DNA from: a virus
Strand: one strand, 5' to 3'
DNA: 64,000 nt
Virus record (IMG/VR): IMGVR_UViG_3300017917_001008
Location: 1 to 64,000 of that record
Of this stretch, positions 19,320 to 28,300 are shown one piece after another. Made by a program: the position numbers and the translations under genes. How positions within the stretch are numbered: the stretch's first letter is position 1; the number at the start of each line of letters is the position of its first letter. The notes under the pieces were generated by a model. That model did no database searches, was not told where the DNA came from, and worked only from the letters and a program-made list of their open reading frames with translations.

Positions 19320-22049
19320 ATGAAAATACGTATTAAAAAAACTCCACTTCCTAAAGCCCAGTATGGTATAGAATGTCCTGAAGGATTTGTTCGGGATGAA
19401 AATGGCATCTGTGTACCAGAAGGACCTCAGAAGTTTAATGTAAATCCTCTGTTAAGTAGTCAACCTTTTAAAGAAGACCAACCTGTTAATAGTCCTCTTA
19501 ACATGCGTGCCTACTATGATCCTAATACAGGATTGATAGAAAGTCCGTTTGGTGTAGTGACACAAGAAGACACTCAGATGATTGGCTTTACTGATGACAG
19601 GGCTAAGAACTTCTTACAGCAACCTGCAAAGAAGGTGGGATTCTTTGATAAGCCTGCTGTAAAGGCAGCGTTTAATCTAAATGACGCCTTTTCTACATTG
19701 ACCACTGTAGCATTACCTATTGCTAAATACTTTGATAATAAACAGAAGATCAGGGATGCTAAGCAGAAACAGATTGAAGCTCGTTTTAATACACTCAATC
19801 CAGCTCCTAAGTTCCGTGGAAACTTTAATGACCAGGGATTGTTCAGACCTCAATTAAGAGGTGTGAATGAGGGAATGTTTGGCAATAACTTTAATGCTCC
19901 TATCATGGGTGAATATGGTGGTGAGCTTTCAACCAATAATGCTATGAAAATACGTATCACTCAGGCTCCCAAAATGGAATATGGCGGGCAGTCTAATTAT
20001 GGTTTGGATATAGGTAGAAGAAAGGTGTATACAGATATGCCTGATACCACGTCTGAAGGATCTAAAAGCTCTATGAGCCAATTATCCAATCCAGATGAAC
20101 CATATATTCTAGAAGCAGAAGGTGGTGAAACTATCTGGCGTCCAGATGGTACCCATTTTAATATTACTGGTGATAGACATCATAGTGGTGGTGAAAAGCT
20201 TACAGCTGAACAGGCTCCGGAAGGATCATTCATCTTTTCTGATACAAAGAAGATGGCTATTAAGGATCCTCAGATCCTGGCTCACTTTGGTGTGTCCTAT
20301 AAGAAAGGTGGTGTTACTCCTGCAGCTATTGCTAAGAGATTTCCTCTTAATGATTTTATGGCTCGTTTACAAGACAAGACCAGGGAGAGTGATAGTATAG
20401 GAATGAAGTCTGATGAACTGAGTGTAAAAAAGAATATGAGGTATTTGGCAGAGCTTGCTGCTGTACAGGAAGGTATGAAAGGTGAACCTATGCCAATGAT
20501 GAGTAAAGCTGTTTTAGAACAAGCTCAGATGCAGCAGGCAGCTTTTGGTGGATATGTAATGCCACAATTCCAGGGTAGCAAAGGATCTAGTCAGGTGGAT
20601 AGAACCAAGATAATGAAACGTACTTACCAACCTGAATTTAGAAAAACCGTGCTGGATCCTAAAAATCCTAAGGATTATGATATCATCTATCCTGCAGGAT
20701 TTGATGATGACATGCCTGATCTGCAAACAGAACATGATGACAAACGTGTGTTTGGTAAGAAAGACTGGACTAATCCAGAGTTAATGGCAGACTTTAGAAA
20801 AAGGTTTCCTGATTTCTTTCAAAAGAATCCTAACTGGGATCCTACTAAGCCAGGAGATACTAAAAAGTTCCAACAGTATTATAACCAGAATCATGATCCA
20901 TCCTATTTCAGTGGTGCTGGTGGATATGGTATTGATGATAAGTTTGGTCAACACACATGGAGTGCTCCGGCATGGAATAAAAAGCCAAAAGCTGTTGACC
21001 CACAATATATATGTAATGATAAAGGAGAGATTGTTCCTGTAGCTTCTGGTGGTTATAAGACTGTTGAAGAAGCTCGTCAGAACTGTCCTCAGAAGAAGAA
21101 AACCGGACCTAAGTATGTATGCGTTGACGGTAAGGTGATAGAGTCTCCAAGTGGTGTAGGTTATGATTCTGCAGAAGAAGCAGGTATCAACTGTACTTCT
21201 AACAAACAGAAAGAACCTCCATTTGAGTGGTTAGCTCCGGATAAGATGAACCTGGGATGGAAAGCCCAAAATCTTATTCCAAATATATACATGCCCACTA
21301 TGTATCAATTACCAAGAAGACAAGCTCCGTTGGCTCTTGATGATTGGTTTGCAGCAGCACAGAACAGACAAGCTGGATACAACACCGCTATGGATACAGC
21401 AGCCCGTACAAACCAGAGCCAGGCGGTAGGTTCATTCCTTGCTGGTTTGGTTGGTGCTCAGGATGCTACAGATATAGCTAGAGTGAACTCAGCTAACCTG
21501 GATCGTGCAGAACGCAGACAGATGGCTGATATGGAAGCTGATTTCAGAACTGATGTATTTAACCTGGGTCAGAGACAAGAGTATGACAAAGGAATTGCAG
21601 TGGCTCAGCAGCAGTATGATAATGCTCGTCTGCAAAGAGGTGATGCATTTGTACAGGCGTTTGCTGATGGCTGGCAGAATGCAGGAGACTTGTATGACAT
21701 TAACATGCGTGATCCATACTTCTATCGTGATCCTAGAAGCAATAAAACCATCTTTAAAGGAGCTGCAGGTAATGTATTTTCCGGAGGAGCATCTCCTGGT
21801 TACGGTACTAACGGAGCCGGTGGTCTTGAGTCATTAGGTGCTACTGCTAATTCTCTGTATAAGAAATACTATGATAGTCTTTCAGATATAAAGGATGAGA
21901 AAGAAAGATCTAGCATGGCAAAGAGTTTAGTAACAAATGCTATCAATAGTTCTCGTCAGACTAGCACTCAATCATATGATGCTAACGGTATGCCGAGATC
22001 ATCTAACAAAAGAAGTTTACGTTTTAACTACTCAGGAAACAGTGAGTAA
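19320..22049 (+). CDS. virion cargo protein (crAss-like)
   Basis: 909 aa; EAEGGE...G..H..GG...FIFSD motif; Gln/Ala-rich helical C-terminus; located between the muzzle and ejection genes. Confidence 0.6.
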   Translation: MKIRIKKTPLPKAQYGIECPEGFVRDENGICVPEGPQKFNVNPLLSSQPFKEDQPVNSPLNMRAYYDPNTGLIESPFGVVTQEDTQMIGFTDDRAKNFLQQPAKKVGFFDKPAVKAAFNLNDAFSTLTTVALPIAKYFDNKQKIRDAKQKQIEARFNTLNPAPKFRGNFNDQGLFRPQLRGVNEGMFGNNFNAPIMGEYGGELSTNNAMKIRITQAPKMEYGGQSNYGLDIGRRKVYTDMPDTTSEGSKSSMSQLSNPDEPYILEAEGGETIWRPDGTHFNITGDRHHSGGEKLTAEQAPEGSFIFSDTKKMAIKDPQILAHFGVSYKKGGVTPAAIAKRFPLNDFMARLQDKTRESDSIGMKSDELSVKKNMRYLAELAAVQEGMKGEPMPMMSKAVLEQAQMQQAAFGGYVMPQFQGSKGSSQVDRTKIMKRTYQPEFRKTVLDPKNPKDYDIIYPAGFDDDMPDLQTEHDDKRVFGKKDWTNPELMADFRKRFPDFFQKNPNWDPTKPGDTKKFQQYYNQNHDPSYFSGAGGYGIDDKFGQHTWSAPAWNKKPKAVDPQYICNDKGEIVPVASGGYKTVEEARQNCPQKKKTGPKYVCVDGKVIESPSGVGYDSAEEAGINCTSNKQKEPPFEWLAPDKMNLGWKAQNLIPNIYMPTMYQLPRRQAPLALDDWFAAAQNRQAGYNTAMDTAARTNQSQAVGSFLAGLVGAQDATDIARVNSANLDRAERRQMADMEADFRTDVFNLGQRQEYDKGIAVAQQQYDNARLQRGDAFVQAFADGWQNAGDLYDINMRDPYFYRDPRSNKTIFKGAAGNVFSGGASPGYGTNGAGGLESLGATANSLYKKYYDSLSDIKDEKERSSMAKSLVTNAINSSRQTSTQSYDANGMPRSSNKRSLRFNYSGNSE

Positions 22050-22104
22050 ACCTGTTAAGTTTAGTTTTAAACTTAGGAGATTTTAGTTTATATTATATAT
22101 GTAG
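22047..22104 (+). promoter_or_regulatory. conserved 58-bp intergenic element, copy 2
   Basis: Same 17-mer AAGTTTAGTTTTAAACT (22057-22073) and same spacing to ATTAT/ATGTAG as 9691-9748. Confidence 0.65.
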
Positions 22105-22110
22105 TATCCT

Positions 22111-23598
22111 ATGGCAACATTTATACCTGGCATTACAGATGCAATACCATCAAGGCTGAATTTCAAACCGGATTGGAACCGGGTTGAGAGAGGTCTTATG
22201 CTCAGAAGTGCAGCATATCAGGAAGGAGCACGTCAAGTGAAATCTCTCTATGATTCTGTATTCCAGTCCCCCATGCTCAGAGATGGAAACATTCAGAGAC
22301 GTGATGCCTATTTAAAACAGATATCAGAAGGGTTGAAAAATGTAAGTGCCCTGGATCTATCTATTCTTTCCAATCAGCAGAGTGCTATGCAGCTGTTTGA
22401 TCCTTTGCAGAATGATAAGGCCATCATGAAAGACATTGTATGGACTAAAGGTTATCTGCAGGCGTCTAATGAAGCTGAGCGTTTACGTACATCTTCTGAT
22501 CCAACACAAAGACGTCAATACTGGGACACCGGTATGAAGTATTTACAATACCAGGCTGAAGATTTTGCCAAGGCTGATGACGACACTGCGTTGTCTATGA
22601 GTAAGGCTAAATATGTACCTAACGTGGATCTTGTATCTCTTGCAGATAAGATGTACAAAGACATGGGTATTAGTGTACAGGAAGATGTCATCAATGGTGG
22701 TTACATCTGGACTAAAAAGAATGGTGATATAGCGGTTCCTCTTACACAAAGTATGGTGAATAACCTGTTTAGTCAGGATCCTGCTGTACAGGACATGTTA
22801 AGAGTGAAGGCTGTTGTTATGCGTAAAGACTTTATCAAGCAGAATGCTGCCAAATACGGAAGTGAGGAAGCTGCTGAAAAAGTGTACATCAATGATATTC
22901 TAAAGACCGTTGGTGTAAAACAACAGGAACAAGTTGCAAAGGATTCAGATGAGGTGAAAGACTTAAGGGCTCGTAAAGAGTCATGGAATAAAGTGATTAC
23001 GGAAAGAGGTATTATACCAGGTAGTGATGAGCACAAGAGATATTTAGAGGACATTGGTAAGCTGGAAGCTGCTGAGTCTGCTGCAAAGAATAGCAGAGAC
23101 CAGGCAGCTATTTTCACTACCATGAACCCGGATGATAATAATGATTTAAGGGCTGCCGCTGATCAGGCTGTTGTAATGGCCAACTATATAGCAGAAACCA
23201 ACCGTGTAGCTACGTTACTTGCTTATAAGAATACAAGCGTATCTGCTAAAACGGATCCTGTGTATATGGCTAAACTGAACAGTCAGCTAAGTCTGAACCG
23301 TTCTTTAGTGTTAGAGAACGTACGTCAGATGAATAAGATAGCATTTATGGATGAGCAACTTAAACGTGGTATCACTCCTGGTGCCAAAGGTGGAAAGACT
23401 GATCCTAAGAAAGCAGAAAATAATGCTACCAATAATCTATGGGGTCCATATGTAAACCCCGGTGCTACTAACAGTACAACCAATCCTTGGAATTTTAATA
23501 TAACACCAGGATCTAATACGGGTGCGTCTAACAGTGGTGGACAAACTGCATCTGACCCTGTGCGTTCAGAAACCTTGGATCTTCTTAACGGTCAGTAA
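22111..23598 (+). CDS. probable internal virion / ejection protein
   Basis: 495 aa, helical, no Cys; first gene of the giant-protein block. Confidence 0.6.
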   Translation: MATFIPGITDAIPSRLNFKPDWNRVERGLMLRSAAYQEGARQVKSLYDSVFQSPMLRDGNIQRRDAYLKQISEGLKNVSALDLSILSNQQSAMQLFDPLQNDKAIMKDIVWTKGYLQASNEAERLRTSSDPTQRRQYWDTGMKYLQYQAEDFAKADDDTALSMSKAKYVPNVDLVSLADKMYKDMGISVQEDVINGGYIWTKKNGDIAVPLTQSMVNNLFSQDPAVQDMLRVKAVVMRKDFIKQNAAKYGSEEAAEKVYINDILKTVGVKQQEQVAKDSDEVKDLRARKESWNKVITERGIIPGSDEHKRYLEDIGKLEAAESAAKNSRDQAAIFTTMNPDDNNDLRAAADQAVVMANYIAETNRVATLLAYKNTSVSAKTDPVYMAKLNSQLSLNRSLVLENVRQMNKIAFMDEQLKRGITPGAKGGKTDPKKAENNATNNLWGPYVNPGATNSTTNPWNFNITPGSNTGASNSGGQTASDPVRSETLDLLNGQ

Positions 23599-23615
23599 TA
23601 ATCAAAGATATTTTG

Positions 23616-25385
23616 ATGGAAACTATGCAAAATTTTGAACAGACAGAACAACAAGGACCACCAGCTGGGTTAACCAATCCAGGCGGGACCGTTGTTGATA
23701 AGAAGAAACCTGTCTATGATGTTAATAGAGGATTTGTGCAGGAGAGAGCTGGTTTATATACTAAGAATCTAACAGATTTTGTACAAACAGCTTTTCAAGT
23801 TTCTAACACTCTTCCTAAGGTAAATGGTAAAACTATACAGAGTATAGACCAGTTGCCAGCTTTGATTGAGAAGCATGGTGATGATTTATATAAACAAGCT
23901 AAATCTGTCCTTAGTAATCCGGATCTTACTGATGAAGACGCTGAACGTCTTGTAGTAAGACAAAAACTGGTTGATGATTCTTTTGGTCAGCTTGCTCAGG
24001 CTAACAAAGTCATTAATGAGGACATGCTTAATTCTGCTAAAACTTTAGAAACCAAAACTAAAAACAGAGAAAAAGGTAAATCAGACGGTTATTATACTAT
24101 ACTCTTTACGTCAGATGGAAGACTTAAGGGTAAGACACAAGCCGAAAAAGATTTACAAGCTGCAAAGCAGAAATATATTGCAGAAGGTATGAAAGCCTGG
24201 AGAGAAGCTAATCCTCCGCCACAGAACGCTCCGTTATTTTGGCAGCGTACAGATATGCCTAACCCAATGGCCGGTAAGGTGGTGAAAGATCCTGTTACTG
24301 GGAAAATGGTACAGCTGGATCCTAGACCTAAAATGATTAATAGTCAAGAGGGTTATGCTGCAGCAGAAGCCATGCAGTTGGAAATTCTAAACAATAAGTT
24401 TAGAGATTGGAATTATGATAAGGCTTATAAAGAAGTTACAACTGAGTATAACGATAACACTAAGACTAGAAAGATCCAAGCTGCACAGGAAAACATATTT
24501 AAAGATAATGCGGGTGGTGCTAAGACAGTGATGCAAAAAGCTGAGTTTAGATTTGATATAGATAGAGCACTTACAGATGACATGAAAGACAGAAACCCTG
24601 ATCTGGTAAATGCTATAGAGTTTTTAGAAACGGTGTCAGCAGGAGATGCTAGTATACGTTTTGCTCAAGGGACACTTAGCAGTAATACTGCAGCGGTGCC
24701 AAAAGAGTCAGATGAAGCTTCTATGAAAATGTTACAGGTAGCTTTAGAACAATTTAAAGTGGGGATGCTTGATCAGAACCGTAAAAAGGGTGCTGACAAC
24801 CGTTTTGCCGGTAGCATATCTTTTGTTCCTTTAGCAGGTGGTGATGAGAAATACCATGCCTATCATATTAAGTTTAACCAGGGATTTTTTAAAGATCATT
24901 TAGGTACTGAAAAGAATCCGGGGGTAGCTAGAAACTCAGAAGGTATAAACCACAAGTTTATTACAGATGGTATTACGGTGTTCGTACCTAAAGAAGCAAG
25001 TCAGAAACTTACTATAGGAAGAGAATCTACAAAAGGAACTAGGATTAGTCCTGTGGAAAGCATGATTGCTCTAAGTCCTGATAATTCTTTTAGCAGGAAA
25101 ATAGATGATGGAATGGAATATAAGATTACACTGGATAAAAAGACAGGTAAGTATATACTGAGTGGAAATGCTGTTTTGTATAACCCGTCTACTGCTAAGA
25201 TGGATACTTTAAACATAAACGATTTAGGATTTCAAAGTAGCTATGACCTAACTGTGGACATAGATGAAATAGAGAAAAAACTATTTCTTTTAGGTCTTGA
25301 TAGGTTAAAAATAAATCGTGCAAGAAGAAGAGAACATACTGCTATACAGGGTGTAAAGAATCCTCAACAACTATCTGGACAATAA
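23616..25385 (+). CDS. probable internal virion / ejection protein
   Basis: About 589 aa, no Cys; ATG at 23616 (TTG at 23613 is an alternative start). Confidence 0.6.
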   Translation: METMQNFEQTEQQGPPAGLTNPGGTVVDKKKPVYDVNRGFVQERAGLYTKNLTDFVQTAFQVSNTLPKVNGKTIQSIDQLPALIEKHGDDLYKQAKSVLSNPDLTDEDAERLVVRQKLVDDSFGQLAQANKVINEDMLNSAKTLETKTKNREKGKSDGYYTILFTSDGRLKGKTQAEKDLQAAKQKYIAEGMKAWREANPPPQNAPLFWQRTDMPNPMAGKVVKDPVTGKMVQLDPRPKMINSQEGYAAAEAMQLEILNNKFRDWNYDKAYKEVTTEYNDNTKTRKIQAAQENIFKDNAGGAKTVMQKAEFRFDIDRALTDDMKDRNPDLVNAIEFLETVSAGDASIRFAQGTLSSNTAAVPKESDEASMKMLQVALEQFKVGMLDQNRKKGADNRFAGSISFVPLAGGDEKYHAYHIKFNQGFFKDHLGTEKNPGVARNSEGINHKFITDGITVFVPKEASQKLTIGRESTKGTRISPVESMIALSPDNSFSRKIDDGMEYKITLDKKTGKYILSGNAVLYNPSTAKMDTLNINDLGFQSSYDLTVDIDEIEKKLFLLGLDRLKINRARRREHTAIQGVKNPQQLSGQ

Positions 25386-25386
25386 T

Positions 25387-28300
25387 ATGGCAGAAGAAAT
25401 GGTAAATATGATTAGTGCTGAAGCATTAGATACTCAGGCTGCTCAAGCAGAAAGTCTTGATAATGGTTTAGATCTAGAGTTTGCTTCTACTGATGCATTA
25501 GATGCAATGGGTGCATTTAATCTGGAGCAGTTAGATAAAGAACCTGCATCTGCTGGTGACCCTCCAGGTAAACCCAAGCCTCGTACAATGCAAGACCTAA
25601 AAAGAGATTATGATAAGGATTTGCAGAACTGGAAACAGATTACCAGATATGGTATTCCCATGGCTGCTGATCAGACTCGTAATAAGTTCCAAGCAGCCAG
25701 GGTGGTAGAATTTGATGCTAGGAAGTTTAACGTAGATAGATATTTAGGTTATGGTAAAAGCACATTTGACAAGGTGGGCTTTTCTCCGTTTGTAGATAAC
25801 GAGAAGAACTTTAATCAGAACACTACTATATGGCAGGACTATGGTAGGATGATGAGCGTGTTTGGACCGCTGGTTTACCAGGGTGCTGTGTCAAGTTACC
25901 GTTCTCTTGCTGATACTTTTGGTTCTGATAGACCTGTCTTTTCTTCAGATGATGAAACTGCAAGTGAATACGCCAGGTTGAACAATATCGGTATGTCTAC
26001 AAAAGGGGGGCCTTTAGGTTTTGCAAACAACCTTACCCTTAGTATGGCCTACACAGTAGGTACAGCATTAAGTGTTGTAGCAGAAGAAGCTTTACTTTTT
26101 GGACTCACTGTAGCAACTGAGGGTGCATTTGGTGGAGCTGCTGCCGCACGTACTGCTTTTAATATTGGCAGGCTGGGTAATGCTATTAAAAGAGGATTCC
26201 AAACAGAGCATGTTGCTAACATTCTTAAAGGAAGCACCCAACTGGTTAAGTCCCTGTCTAAGGTGGGGGATGCTAAAGATTTCTACACTGCAGTGAGAAC
26301 TGGCGGTACCACTTTTGCTAAAGGTACATTCCAGTATTTAAACCCTTTTTCCCGTACAGCTGATGATATATACGATCTCTACAGAGGTAGTGCCAGCGTA
26401 CGTAACATGAGTAATTTAGCCAAGGCTAAACAAACATTTGGATCTTTCTATAGAGATGTAAGAGATAACAACTTTGCTTTATCAGAATCCAAGCTTGAGG
26501 GGGGTAGTGCTAAGATTGATGCTATTCAAAGGCTCACTGATGAGTATGAGAAAAAGAACGGTAAGGCTCCGGAAGGAGATGACTTGGCTCGTATCTATGA
26601 TCAGGCTGAAGATATAGGAAGAGGCGTCACTGCCGTAAACTTCCCGGTTATATTTTTAACCAACCGTGTAGTGCTTGACGGACTGTTTAAGTTCCGTGGT
26701 TTTAAAACTCTTGAGCAAGCTGGAGAGTTGTCAACCAAAGGTATAGGATTTAAGAAAGGCGTAGGTTTTTATGATAACCTGGCAGATGGCTGGCTGAAGA
26801 GTTCAGTAAATACACTTAAGAACCCTAAAGCATATATCGGTAAAGGTGTTAACTACTTTAGAAGGAATCTCATGGAAGGTGTGCAGGAAAACCTGCAGAA
26901 CGTCACTTCTGAAGCTGTGGCTAACTACTATGACGGAGTTTATAAAGATGCTACGCTTGGTGGATTTGACTACGCTGCTGGTCATGCTTGGGATGCCATC
27001 AAGAAAGAAATGAGTTCCGGTCAAGGACTTGAAACCTTTGCATCAGGTTTTCTAATGGGAGGGCTGATGGGAAAGGCTCAGAACCTATTCTTAAAAGACG
27101 TTCCACAGGTTTACTACTGGACTAAGGATAAGATTGCAGGTACTAACAAACTGCAGGAGTATAAGCTGAATAAACAAAGGACCCGCCAGGATGCTATTAA
27201 CGGTTTGAATGAACTGTATAAGAACCCTCTAAAGTATTTCAGCAGCCGTAATGAAAGTGCTGTGGTTCAGAAACACACATCTGATGTAATGAACCTGGCA
27301 GAGGAAAACGGAGACGCTAAGACTTTCCAGGATGCAAAAGACCTGAAGACCTTTGATAATATCTTTACAGCATTAGATAACGGTACTTATGATACACTGC
27401 TTGAACAGTTCAAGGAGCTTAAGAAATTAAGTAATGATGAGCTGGCTAACTTCTTAGGTGTTGATAAAGCAGATCCTAAGATGATGAATAAGCTGGATGA
27501 GGTGGTTACCCGTGCTGCACAGATCAAAGAGCGTTATGATGTTGTAAACGACCGGTTCAAGAATCCGTTCTCTCCTAAGAACTTTAAGTTCGGTACAGAA
27601 GAGTTTACTAAGGAAGCTATTGCTTTCAGAGCATTTGAAGCTGCTAAGAAATCAGCTGTTATTTCCCAGTACGGTTTTGACCGTGCCCTGGAAAGAATGA
27701 ACGGTTTATACCAGGATCTAAGTAGCAACCGTCCTATTAGGAAAGCTTCCGGTAGTGACATCACTGTACTTACAGATCTAAACACACTGGACAATGAGAT
27801 CAATCTCCTGGATAAGGAAGTGAAATCTTATGCCGGTGTAACAGATAAAGACCAGAAGAAGCTAGCTGAGCAGAAGAAAGAGAAGCTGGATCTTTTAATG
27901 GACTACAGGGATAAGCTACGTACCTATAGAGAAAGAATGGGTGAGAATGAGAGAGATGAGAATGGTCAGATTATTATCAGTTTTAATGACGCAGCTGAAC
28001 CTTTAAAAAATAGTTATAAAGCATATCTCCGTTACCTTGGTAAAGTTGCTGATGACTACATGTTTGATGACAAGATAGACGAGTCATTTAACAAGGTGCT
28101 TGACTACTATAGTTTGGATAGTGATGCTAAAAATTATAGTAAGGTGGTAAACAACCTGATGGATCCATTGAATCTGTACAGGCATTCACAGATGATTGCG
28201 GCTAATTTTACCAAGCTGTTCCAAAACAGGGAGATAGATGCTGAGGAAAGAATTGCCAGAAGCCAACGCTTAGTTGAGCTTAATCAGCTTCTGTTGGCTT

